64,000 nt of DNA, taken from Anaerolineales bacterium UBA3905 (lineage in GTDB: Bacteria; Chloroflexota; Anaerolineae; Caldilineales; Caldilineaceae). The position numbers were made by a program, and so were the translations under genes. This document shows, piece by piece, positions 10,509-19,382 of this stretch. The notes under the pieces are model-generated. The model worked only from the letters and a program-made list of their open reading frames with translations. It was not told the DNA's origin and did no database searches. Location of the stretch: assembly GCA_002391565.1 (NCBI GenBank), contig DGFH01000301.1, positions 8,122 through 72,121 of the forward strand, read 5' to 3'. The stretch's first letter is position 1. The number at the start of each line of letters is the position of its first letter.

Positions 10509-13246
10509 TGAATCGAATGCTCCAACCAGTTCGTCAATACACCTTCGACTGCAAACAAGGGCACCGCAACGCCGCCATCGATGGGTGCAGCATAAATGCG
10601 CCACACCCCGCCCCGGTCGCTGGCAAAGATCACGAGTTTCCCATCCGGGCTGATGGCCGGCAGCCCATCTTGCGCCGGATCATCGGTCAGTTGCAGTAGC
10701 GTGCCATCGCGCAGAGAGAGCCGGTAGACATCCCAATCGCCATTACGCGTGCTCATGAAGACGACGTTGTTGCCGTTGGGCGACCACACAGGGCGAATGT
10801 CGTTGCCGTTATCGGTGAGCCGCAAGCGATTTTCGCCATTGGTGGTCATGATATACAACCCCGGCTGCGCACCACGACTATCGACGCCATTGTAGATGAT
10901 GCGATTGGCAGCCGGCTCCCACGCCGGGTCTTTGCCCAGACCGAGATCCACTTCGGCGCCATCAGCGAGCGTGTGCACAAAAATACGCGACTGCTGATCG
11001 TCAGCCCGCACTGTGCTATACGCCAGCGCGCTGCCATCCGACGCCCAGGCTGGCGGCGCATCCAGCGCATCCTCGGGCGAAGAGGTCAATTGCTGCGTTC
11101 GTGCTGTAGGATCGCGTGTTGCGGCCAGATCATAAAGCGCAATGCCCGGCTCACCTGGTCGCAAATTGCGAAACGCCAGCAGCGCCCCCGCACGCTGCGC
11201 ACCGACCTGAGCGCCGTCGGCAATCAAGAGCGTCGAGTCGCTATTGACCTGCGCTGGCGCCGCGTAGATATTGTAGCGGTCACCCTCTTGGGTGGAATAG
11301 AGGATGCGTCCGCCGTTCTCGCTCAACTGTGCACTGATGGCAGCCAACGCCCGCGCCTGTTCACAGCCCGTGCGGTAGGCAGGCAGCTGCGTGTCAAGGA
11401 CGCCATCAGGCCAGACAGCCAACGCCGCCGTCAACTGCGCCGCTGCGCTGCAATATGCTTCTGCCTGCGCCAGTTGTTCGGCGTAGGCGACCAGCGCTCC
11501 CCATAATACGCGCCGGATCGAGGCGGCCGCCTCACCCTCGGCCGTGATCAGCGCGCTGGTGGCCGTGCGGATACGCTGCACCGGTTCGGCGTCGGGACGT
11601 AATGCCAGCGCAGCATCAAGGGCCTTGACCGCACGATCTAGCTGACCATTCGTCAACGCCTCCGCCGCCAACCCGATCTGCACGTCGAAAAGCCGGGCAG
11701 CGATGGTCTCCTGTTGATAGCTGGCATCGATGCGCTGCACCAATGTATAGAAGTCGAGCGCCACCTGCCAGTCCTGGTCGGCGTAAGCATCTTCCGCCTC
11801 GCGCCAGTAGCCCTCGATGGCGCCAGCGGGCGTAGGCGGCGGCGACGTGGCTGTGGCAGTGGATGCAACGCCTGGTGTGGCGTCTGGGGTCGCTGTCACG
11901 GTTTCAACATCAGTGTTGGAAGGAGGCGTTAGCAGAACGGTGGGCGTGCTCATGGCGGCGACCGTGGCGGCGGCCGGCGCTCGTGTGCGACCAAACAAAT
12001 CGTTCGGCAACAGATTGAGCACAGCCCAGATTGCTCCAGTAAGCAGCAAGAGCGAAATAGCCGCGCCGAGCATCGCCCCTATCCAACGGCGCCGTCCGGG
12101 CGCCACTGCTGTAGATACAGGCGGGGCAACAGGCGCTATTGACGCCAGCCGCTCACCGGGTTCAGCCGGCGCCTGCGGCGGGGTTTCCGGTGGGCGCACC
12201 GCTGGCGCCGGCACCAGCACCTGCATTGCTTCGACGGGACGCACGGTGGGTAGAGCGGGCATCGTCGCCGTGCTCTCGACTGCTGGCGCCGGCAGAGGAG
12301 GAGCAAGTTGCTCCAACGCCGCCGCCATCGCCGCGCCAGAAGCATAACGGGCGGCGGGGTCTTTTGCCAGTGAACGCTGTAAAATCTCCACAGCGGCGGC
12401 GGGCAATGTCGTCAACACTGTCTCCGGGATCAGCAATGGCTCGTAGACATGTGCGTGTAGAATCTGTGTGGTCGAGCCAGTGAAAGGGGGGCGCCCCACC
12501 AGACAGCGATAGAAGACTGCGCCCAACGAGTATAAGTCCGACCGCTGATCGAGTTCATGGCTGTCGGCGCACTGCTCCGGCGACATATAGGTTGGCGTGC
12601 CAATGGTGCGCCCAACGCCGGTCAGTTCTGGCGCATCGAGCGCGCGCGCGATGCCGAAATCGCTGAGCAGCGGAATCACGACCTCACCCATTGCGGCAAC
12701 GAAGACGGCGCCTGGCTGCCCGGCAGCGGCTGTTTGCAGCAACACGTTGCTCGGCTTGACATCGCGATGAATAATGCCCTGGCGGTGGGCGTAATCCAAC
12801 GCCCGCGCCACGCGCGCCAGAATTCCCGCTGCGTCACTCACCGACAGACGTTCCTGCGCCTCGATCAGTCCATTCAGCCCGGCGCCCACGATCAAGGGCA
12901 TGACCAGATAGGTGAGGCCGCTGGCATCTTCGTAACCTTCAGCCAGGATCGGGACAATGTTAGGATGGCGGAGCTGACGATGTGTGCGCGCCTCTTGCTG
13001 AAAACGCGCCCGCACGATAGCGTCAGCGTCGGGCAGCAACACCTTGACGGCCACAACCTCACCCGTCGCCAGCGACTGGGCGCGGTAGACAGCCGCCATG
13101 ACGCCGCCCCCCAGTTTCTCCACCAACCGGTATTGTCCAACCTGATAGCCGACAAGTGGACCGCGCGCGCCAGCGCTCTGCACGGCGGTCGGCGGTGCAG
13201 ACGATCCAGTTTCCGGCTCGATAGACGAACGTTCGGCAGACGACAT
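10496..13246 (-). CDS. Hanks-type Ser/Thr protein kinase: TM, TPR-like helices, TolB/PD40 beta-propeller
   Basis: LGGGVMAAVY, VAVK, HRDVKPSN, DFG, GTPTYMSPE; TM; helical repeats; PAW/PVWSPNG/PAISPDG PD40 repeats. Confidence 0.92.
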   Translation of the reverse strand: MSSAERSSIEPETGSSAPPTAVQSAGARGPLVGYQVGQYRLVEKLGGGVMAAVYRAQSLATGEVVAVKVLLPDADAIVRARFQQEARTHRQLRHPNIVPILAEGYEDASGLTYLVMPLIVGAGLNGLIEAQERLSVSDAAGILARVARALDYAHRQGIIHRDVKPSNVLLQTAAAGQPGAVFVAAMGEVVIPLLSDFGIARALDAPELTGVGRTIGTPTYMSPEQCADSHELDQRSDLYSLGAVFYRCLVGRPPFTGSTTQILHAHVYEPLLIPETVLTTLPAAAVEILQRSLAKDPAARYASGAAMAAALEQLAPPLPAPAVESTATMPALPTVRPVEAMQVLVPAPAVRPPETPPQAPAEPGERLASIAPVAPPVSTAVAPGRRRWIGAMLGAAISLLLLTGAIWAVLNLLPNDLFGRTRAPAAATVAAMSTPTVLLTPPSNTDVETVTATPDATPGVASTATATSPPPTPAGAIEGYWREAEDAYADQDWQVALDFYTLVQRIDASYQQETIAARLFDVQIGLAAEALTNGQLDRAVKALDAALALRPDAEPVQRIRTATSALITAEGEAAASIRRVLWGALVAYAEQLAQAEAYCSAAAQLTAALAVWPDGVLDTQLPAYRTGCEQARALAAISAQLSENGGRILYSTQEGDRYNIYAAPAQVNSDSTLLIADGAQVGAQRAGALLAFRNLRPGEPGIALYDLAATRDPTARTQQLTSSPEDALDAPPAWASDGSALAYSTVRADDQQSRIFVHTLADGAEVDLGLGKDPAWEPAANRIIYNGVDSRGAQPGLYIMTTNGENRLRLTDNGNDIRPVWSPNGNNVVFMSTRNGDWDVYRLSLRDGTLLQLTDDPAQDGLPAISPDGKLVIFASDRGGVWRIYAAPIDGGVAVPLFAVEGVLTNWLEHSIQWTR

Positions 13247-13279
13247 GCTTGGCAGATCAGACCTGTGCAGGCTGATTCT

Positions 13280-13308
13280 TTGCGGGTTGCTTTAGTTGCT
13301 GCTATAGT
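13280..13308 (+). promoter_or_regulatory. Putative promoter of the FHA regulator
   Basis: TTGCGG-17 nt-TATAGT with extended TG. Confidence 0.55.
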
Positions 13309-13353
13309 TTTCAACGACGTGCAGCAAGCGAAAAGTTCGCGAGCTGCGCTGCG

Positions 13354-13362
13354 AGTATAGCA
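13354..13362 (-). promoter_or_regulatory. Putative extended -10 promoter of the kinase operon
   Basis: TGcTATACT on the minus strand; no good -35. Confidence 0.4.
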
Positions 13363-13394
13363 CAGCGCATGAGTGGAAGCTAAAGGAGTCGCGT

Positions 13395-14036
13395 GTGAGC
13401 AGGTTTGGTCGATTGGTCTGTCTCAATGGCCCCCAAGCCGGCCAGGAGATCGAGCTAGATCGGGAAGTGATAACGGTCGGACGCTCCGCCGATGCTGGCG
13501 TTCGCCTGGAAGATCAATATGCTTCACGCCAGCACGCCGAGATTTTACACTTCGACAGCGGCTATCAGGTGCGCGATCTGCAGAGCAAAAATGGCGTCTT
13601 CGTCGACGGTCAACGACTGGCGCCGGGCGGCGCGGCCTGGCTTGCCGATGGAATGGAGGTGCAATTCGCCTCGACGCGCTATCGCTTCTACGACCCGGCG
13701 GCCACCGTAACAGCGCCTTCACTCATCGCTGTCAGCGAACCGGGGCTGCGCATCGACATCACCACGCGCCAGGTCTATGTCGACGGTCAGCCGCTTGACC
13801 CACCGCTGAGCGTCAAACAGTTTGACCTGCTCTGGTTTCTTTATCAAAATCGTGGCCGCGTCGTCAGCAAGGATGAGATTGCCCAGGCTGTGTGGCCGGA
13901 AGCTCAGGGTGATGTCTACGACGCCAATATCGACCGCATGGTCAGCCGCGTGCGCAGTCGCATCGAGCCAGAACGCGAAGATGACCCGCGCTTCATCCAC
14001 ACTATTCGCGGCTACGGCTATAAGCTAGAGACGTGA
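13395..14036 (+). CDS. FHA domain plus OmpR/PhoB-type winged-helix transcription regulator
   Basis: FHA motifs GRS, SRQHA, DLQSKNGVFV; C-terminal LLWFL...VVSKDEI...VSRVRSRIE...IHTIRGYGY. Confidence 0.9.
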   Translation: MSRFGRLVCLNGPQAGQEIELDREVITVGRSADAGVRLEDQYASRQHAEILHFDSGYQVRDLQSKNGVFVDGQRLAPGGAAWLADGMEVQFASTRYRFYDPAATVTAPSLIAVSEPGLRIDITTRQVYVDGQPLDPPLSVKQFDLLWFLYQNRGRVVSKDEIAQAVWPEAQGDVYDANIDRMVSRVRSRIEPEREDDPRFIHTIRGYGYKLET

Positions 14037-14307
14037 ATTGCGTTGACTTTTCACCAGCGCCGTACTACTCACCGCGTGTTGCGTGACAGGCGCCTGATGC
14101 ACCACGCACTACGCAACACCGGTGATAGAACCGCCTGCCTGTCAGGCAATCCAAACAATTGGTAACGCCGTCAGTCGGGCAACGGTTCCCCAAGCGTAGG
14201 AAAACAGTCCGACTTGCGTCCCAGTTTTTTCAAGTTCGCCTAATCTTTCCCCGCTACAATGGTCTCACCTTGCGCATTTTGCGCGTGTGAAAGAACAAGG
14301 AGAGACC

Positions 14308-14997
14308 ATGACCTCCACTGTCAATACATTGCGTTCGAGCGTACAACTCACCCCGTCTTGGCGACCAGCTGCCGTTGCGACCACCATGACCTGGGATGCG
14401 CTGCCGACGCCACGCGTCAACGCGGTTGATAACACGATCCAGGCTGCGCGCCTGGGTGACGATGGCGCCTTTGCAACGTTGATTGATCTCTACCGTTCCG
14501 CCGCCGAACGCGTTGCGCAGCAGATACTGCACACCGAGGAAGCCGCCGCCGATGCGGTGCAAGAAGCGATGATCAAGGCGCACCGCGCCATGACGCGCTT
14601 CCAGGAAGGCAATTTCCGTTCCTGGTTTCTGCGAATTGTCACCAATACTTGCTATGATCATCTTCGTCGTCAACGCCGGCGCGCTGCCGTCAGTCTGGAT
14701 GAGTTGACCGAACAGGCTGGCATCGATTATCTGTCGACCGAGGAATATGTAGCAGAAGACCCAGAGAGCCTAGTTTTACAGAATGAGGGGATGCGCTGTC
14801 TGCTCGCTGCAATCGATGACTTGCCAGAGTATCATCGTAACGTGGTAATGCTCGTGGATGTGCAGGGTTATGATTACGCCGAAGCCGCCGATCTGCTGGG
14901 GTTGCCGTTAGGCACCGTCAAGTCACGCCTGAGCCGGGCGCGGTCGGCGCTGCGCGACCAGTTGGTCAAAGCCGGGATCGTCGGCGCGCCGATGTGA
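14308..14997 (+). CDS. ECF RNA polymerase sigma factor
   Basis: Region 2 (DAVQEAM...FRSWFLRIVTNTCYDHLRR) and region 4 (IDDLPEYHR...YAEAADLLGLPLGTVKSRLSRAR); AAGGAG RBS before ATG 14308. Confidence 0.9.
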   Translation: MTSTVNTLRSSVQLTPSWRPAAVATTMTWDALPTPRVNAVDNTIQAARLGDDGAFATLIDLYRSAAERVAQQILHTEEAAADAVQEAMIKAHRAMTRFQEGNFRSWFLRIVTNTCYDHLRRQRRRAAVSLDELTEQAGIDYLSTEEYVAEDPESLVLQNEGMRCLLAAIDDLPEYHRNVVMLVDVQGYDYAEAADLLGLPLGTVKSRLSRARSALRDQLVKAGIVGAPM

Positions 14998-15018
14998 AAA
15001 CCGCTCTCCAGCCGTCCC

Positions 15019-15888
15019 TCACCCAAGTGTAAATTCCCACTTTCCTGGCCCATGCGTCGCCAGGTACAGCGGTACAGCCTTATCCAGATCGTTGCGCACG
15101 TCGGCGGGCTGGCTGCGCAACCAGATGCCGAAGTCGCTGCTGTAGGGTTCGCCGCTCTCAGCGGTGAGCAGGTGCAGTTCACCAATGGCGCCGGTCGCCG
15201 CCAACATCCCCGAAGACTGAAAGGCTGCCCGCAAACCGCCATGGTCGTACTCCACCTGGCGAAAGCACGCTGCCCACCGATGCACGCCCTGTTCGTTCAC
15301 AGCATCGAGCACCAGGTATTGAGCACGCGGGTCGCTGTTGTAGGGCAAACCGATGCTGCCGCCGTTGTAGATGGTCCAGTCGCCGGTGCGCCGCGCCATA
15401 GGACGATGGGTGTGTGCGCAGACAACCACCGGTTCGGCGACGCCATCAAGCAACGAGGCAATCGTGTCGCCCCCCATCTCGGGATATAGCCCCAGGAACA
15501 TATTGCCAGGCGAGCCATGAAAGAGCCGAATCGGCGGAAAGGGAGGCAGATCGATGCGCCGCGCCGCCGGCAATCGACGCAACACCTGCAGGTGACGCGG
15601 GTGAAGCGTCTCCGCCGTCCACCAGAGCGAACGGAAGCGCTGGCGGTCGGTGAAGGGTGGCATATTGTGCGGCGTATGGATGCGCCCCACCACCAGGTCG
15701 TGATTGCCAACGACGCCCGGCCAGCCAGTGTCCGTTAGCACGTCCATCACTTCATTGTTCCATGGGCAGCGGTTAACCAGGTCGCCAACAAGAAAGATCA
15801 GATCCGGCGCCTGACGGCGCAAGTCACACAACACAGCTTCCAGCGCAGGCAAGTTGCCATGGATATCGGCGAGAAAAGCGAGACGCAT
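15019..15888 (-). CDS. Metallophosphoesterase (calcineurin-like)
   Basis: ADIHGN, GDLV, GNHD, FHGSP, AHTH, NGGSIG. Confidence 0.9.
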   Translation of the reverse strand: MRLAFLADIHGNLPALEAVLCDLRRQAPDLIFLVGDLVNRCPWNNEVMDVLTDTGWPGVVGNHDLVVGRIHTPHNMPPFTDRQRFRSLWWTAETLHPRHLQVLRRLPAARRIDLPPFPPIRLFHGSPGNMFLGLYPEMGGDTIASLLDGVAEPVVVCAHTHRPMARRTGDWTIYNGGSIGLPYNSDPRAQYLVLDAVNEQGVHRWAACFRQVEYDHGGLRAAFQSSGMLAATGAIGELHLLTAESGEPYSSDFGIWLRSQPADVRNDLDKAVPLYLATHGPGKWEFTLG

Positions 15889-15905
15889 TGAACGGCGCTT
15901 TCTGT

Positions 15906-16880
15906 TTAGCCAACGAGTCGGGTGTGAAGTGGATCGGTCTGGCGGATCACTTCGGCGCGGCCGCTCTCGCGCACATAACGCTGAAAGACTTCCCGCAAGC
16001 CATCGCGGTCGGGGTCAAGTCCCCGATCATAGGCCCACCGGTAGAAGTAAATAATCTCCGGCTCGGCGCTCACCAGTTCCCAGTAAAATAGCGACGAGAT
16101 CGGGCCGCCCGCCTCCAGCATCCCCGACGTCGAGAACGACTCCAGGGCAGGGCGCCGATCATAGGCAACCTCGTGATGTTGAGCACGCCACCCACCGCGT
16201 TCAGTGGCGTCGTCCACACTCTCCAGCAAGGCGAACTGCGCCGTTGTGCGCTGATTCAACGGCAAGCCCACGCTGCCCGGGTTGATGATGTGCCAGTGAC
16301 GGATGACGGCGGTTGGTCGGTGCATATCGCCGTGCGGGTGCGTGCTCAACTCACCGTTGGCTTCGGGCGACCATCGGACGTGACGGTCGATCTGCACATG
16401 AGTATGGGCGGTGACGAAGGTCGCCTCGTGCACGTCGGCCAGTTCGGCGGCGATCTTGTCGTCCGGTTGGCTGCGATAAAGCCCCACCCGGTTGCGCCCC
16501 GGCAATCCATGCGTGATGCGCAACGGCTGAGCGCCGGGTAGATAAAAGGTGCGATCGTCGGGCAGCATGGCCAGGTAGGCGGCCTGCGCCGGCGTAATGC
16601 GGTCGTACAACCAGTGCAGTTGCCCCCAGCGTTCGGCGTCGTCGCTGCCGGGTATAGCGCGTGCGGTGCCCAGGTCGAGCAGGTAGAACTCGTGATTGCC
16701 GCGCACAACCACCCAGTCCAGCTCACCAATACGGTCGATCACTTCGCTGCTAAAAGGAACGCCGTTGATCAGGTCGCCGTCGACCACCACATAGTCGGGC
16801 TGAAGGCGCTCTAGCTCGCGCGTGACTGCCTCCAGCGCCGGCAAATTCCCGTGAATATCTGCCAAAATCGCCAGTTTCAT
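15906..16880 (-). CDS. Metallophosphoesterase (calcineurin-like), tandem paralog
   Basis: ADIHGN, GDLI, GNHE, THG, AHTH, NPGSVG; start could be 16880 or 16886. Confidence 0.9.
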   Translation of the reverse strand: MKLAILADIHGNLPALEAVTRELERLQPDYVVVDGDLINGVPFSSEVIDRIGELDWVVVRGNHEFYLLDLGTARAIPGSDDAERWGQLHWLYDRITPAQAAYLAMLPDDRTFYLPGAQPLRITHGLPGRNRVGLYRSQPDDKIAAELADVHEATFVTAHTHVQIDRHVRWSPEANGELSTHPHGDMHRPTAVIRHWHIINPGSVGLPLNQRTTAQFALLESVDDATERGGWRAQHHEVAYDRRPALESFSTSGMLEAGGPISSLFYWELVSAEPEIIYFYRWAYDRGLDPDRDGLREVFQRYVRESGRAEVIRQTDPLHTRLVG

Positions 16881-16954
16881 GTGCAATGCTCACCACTGTT
16901 TCTATCTGCAGATGACGCGGAGAAGCACGGCTTTTCTGCGCCCATGCGGTTCGC

Positions 16955-18100
16955 TCAGCTCAAGATGGAGCGGGCAATCACCATGCGCTGGATTTCGCTA
17001 GTGCCCTCGCCGATCGACATGAGGCGCGTGTCGCGATACATCCGCTCGACTTCGTATTCGCGACTGTAGCCATAGCCGCCGTGAATCTGGATAGCGTTGC
17101 GGCAGACGCGCTCGCTGACCTCAGTGGCAAAGAGCTTGGCCATGCCTGCCTGCGTCGCAAAGGGCCGGCCTTGATCCTTAAGCCATGCTGCATGGTAGAG
17201 CATCAGACGGGCGGCGTGCAACTCGGTGGCGGCGTCGGCGAGCATAAATTGGATCGCCTGGAAGTTGGCGATCGGCTGGCCAAAGGCCTCGCGCTGTTTG
17301 GCGTAGGCCAGGGCGCGTTCGTACGCTGCCTGGCCGATGCCCAGCGCCAGCGCGCCGATGCTGATGCGCCCATTGCTCAAGGTCGCCAACGTCTGCGGCA
17401 GGCCGCGTCCTTCCTCGCCCACCAGGTTTGTCAGCGGCACGCGCACATTGTCGAGCGTGACGGCATGCGTCGGTGAGCCGTTCAGCCCCATCTTTTTCTC
17501 CGGCGGCCCGACGATCACGCCCGGCGCGTCGGTGGGCACCAGAATCTGACTCAGGCTGCGGCTGCCGCCGGCGGGGTCGGTGCGACAGAGTACGATCATC
17601 GTGTCGGCGATGCCGGCGTTGGTGGCCCACATCTTGGCGCCGTTGATGACCCAGGCGTCGCCGTCGCGCACCGCCTGCGTGCGCACGCCGCCCTGCAAGT
17701 CGGAGCCGGCGCCCGGCTCGGTGAGCGCCAGGCAGGCCAGCCGGCCGCGTCCGGTCGCCAGGCGCGGCAGCCACTGCCGCTTGAGTTCCTCTGAGCCAAA
17801 AGCCACAAGCGGCCCCATGCCCAGGTGATTGTGCGCCGAGATCGCCAGCGCCGTAGAGCCGCAGCCCCAACCCAACTCTTCGATGGCGATGGTGGCGCAC
17901 AGTGTGTCAAGCGCGGCGCCGCCGTATTCCTCCGGCGCCTGCAGGCCCAGCATGCCCAGCGGCCCCATCTTGCGTACAGCCTCCCAATTGAATTCGCCGG
18001 TTTCGTCCACGTGGCGCGCGCGAGGGCGCACTTCCCTGTCCACAAAGTCGTGCACGACGCGGCGGAATTCGCGCTGTTCAGCAGTCAGATCGAAGTTCAT
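16955..18100 (-). CDS. Acyl-CoA dehydrogenase
   Basis: ALTEPGAGSD, NGAKMWATN, KMGL, QFGQ-like AFGQPIANFQ, IQIHGGYGY, IGEGTSEIQR. Confidence 0.95.
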   Translation of the reverse strand: MNFDLTAEQREFRRVVHDFVDREVRPRARHVDETGEFNWEAVRKMGPLGMLGLQAPEEYGGAALDTLCATIAIEELGWGCGSTALAISAHNHLGMGPLVAFGSEELKRQWLPRLATGRGRLACLALTEPGAGSDLQGGVRTQAVRDGDAWVINGAKMWATNAGIADTMIVLCRTDPAGGSRSLSQILVPTDAPGVIVGPPEKKMGLNGSPTHAVTLDNVRVPLTNLVGEEGRGLPQTLATLSNGRISIGALALGIGQAAYERALAYAKQREAFGQPIANFQAIQFMLADAATELHAARLMLYHAAWLKDQGRPFATQAGMAKLFATEVSERVCRNAIQIHGGYGYSREYEVERMYRDTRLMSIGEGTSEIQRMVIARSILS

Positions 18101-18213
18101 GGCACTACTCCAGATTGATGATTCAGTAAATCAACCGACTGGCTACACCGCTCAAAGGTGAATGCCGATTGGGTGTCCTGATCGTCAGTCGCTGTTCTGT
18201 TGCCATGCTGAGT

Positions 18214-18242
18214 TTGACGTAGAACAAGCAACGCGCCAGAAT
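18214..18242 (+). promoter_or_regulatory. Putative promoter of the cold-shock domain gene
   Basis: TTGACG-17 nt-CAGAAT about 60 nt upstream of ATG. Confidence 0.5.
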
Positions 18243-18304
18243 TAGCCCATACTTGATCATTCAATCATGCACCAGTTGCGAACGTGTGATCGAGGTATGC
18301 CATC

Positions 18305-18892
18305 ATGCAAGGCACCGTAGTCAAATTCGACGATAAAAAGGGCTTTGGCTTCATCCAGCCGGACGGACAGGCGGAACAGGTCTTCGTACACGCCAGCGCC
18401 GTGACCACAACAGGGCGGCTGGCACAGGGGCAGCGCGTCACTTTCGACGTGACACCCTCGCCCAAAGGCCCGCGCGCAAGCAATGTCCTGGTGGCAGGCG
18501 CGGCGGCAAAATCGGCGCCAACCCGCAACACGACGCCAGTTTCGCCGTATATGCTCTTTGGCGGGCTGGCCGTGAGCGACACCGCCATTGTCATGGCACT
18601 CGGCATGTTCGTCTTCTCGCTGGCATGGCTGTGGGCCTACCTGATCGCGATCAACGTGACCACCTTGATGCTGTACTACTACGACAAGCGCGCACCGCAA
18701 CATGGCAGGCTGCGCGTGCCCGAACGCATCTTGCACCTGGCGGAGTTGTTCGGCGGCACACCGGCAGGCTTCATCGGGCAGCATGTGCTCCACCATAAAT
18801 CTGCCAAAGGCAGCTATCAACTCAATTTCTGGCTGATCGTCGTCGTTCAGGTGTTGATCCTCATTGGGCTTTACTGGTTGGGATGGATGTGA
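18305..18892 (+). CDS. Cold-shock domain fused to DUF1294 membrane domain
   Basis: KGFGFI and VFVH RNP motifs; YDKRA...RVPE..LH...GG..G...GQHVLHHKS DUF1294 motif. Confidence 0.9.
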   Translation: MQGTVVKFDDKKGFGFIQPDGQAEQVFVHASAVTTTGRLAQGQRVTFDVTPSPKGPRASNVLVAGAAAKSAPTRNTTPVSPYMLFGGLAVSDTAIVMALGMFVFSLAWLWAYLIAINVTTLMLYYYDKRAPQHGRLRVPERILHLAELFGGTPAGFIGQHVLHHKSAKGSYQLNFWLIVVVQVLILIGLYWLGWM

Positions 18893-18909
18893 ATGGGAGT
18901 GATGTGACC

Positions 18910-19266
18910 ATGACCGAGACTCTGTTTGGCGTTCCGCTCATCTTCTGGGGGGTGCTCTGTCTGGGCGTCGCCGTCGCTTATTACTTTATCTGGCCGCAGC
19001 CTGGCCCGAAACGTCTGGCGCCGCGCACCCGGCGCGAGCACTTTATCCTGCGCTATTTTCATTCACTGGTGTGGGTGCTGCTGGCGCTGGGCTGCTTCCT
19101 GGGTGCAGCGGGCTATGGGGCGTTGGGCTGGTGGGTGGCAGCGCTGGGCATCCCGGTCTACGTTGTTTTCCTTTTTCATGTCGTGCACGATCGCAATAAA
19201 GAAGAAGCTGCGCGCGCCGCGCAGCGCCAGGGCGCCGGTGCGCGCGATGCGGGCATGCCGCAATGA
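18910..19266 (+). CDS. Hypothetical membrane protein
   Basis: Three hydrophobic segments; GGGAG RBS before ATG 18910. Confidence 0.65.
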   Translation: MTETLFGVPLIFWGVLCLGVAVAYYFIWPQPGPKRLAPRTRREHFILRYFHSLVWVLLALGCFLGAAGYGALGWWVAALGIPVYVVFLFHVVHDRNKEEAARAAQRQGAGARDAGMPQ

Positions 19267-19348
19267 GCAGCCGCAATGAGCAGCCGTCATCCGTCAGGCG
19301 TCATCAATCATTGCTGACGCGTGGCCTGTGACGTGTGACTTTGTGACG
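19261..19348. repeat. CAATGAGCAGCCG direct duplication and TGTGAC(G/T) heptamer-like repeats
   Basis: 13-nt copies at 19261 and 19274; TGTGACG TGTGACT T TGTGACG near 19327-19348. Confidence 0.7.
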
Positions 19349-19382
19349 ACCAGGCCATCAATTCAATTCACGGTAGATCATC

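Noticed and set aside
14190-14242. c-di-GMP-I-like words on the minus strand (GGCGAAC...GAAA...GGGACGCAA)
   Set aside because: The P2 stem does not form properly and no gene lies downstream on that strand
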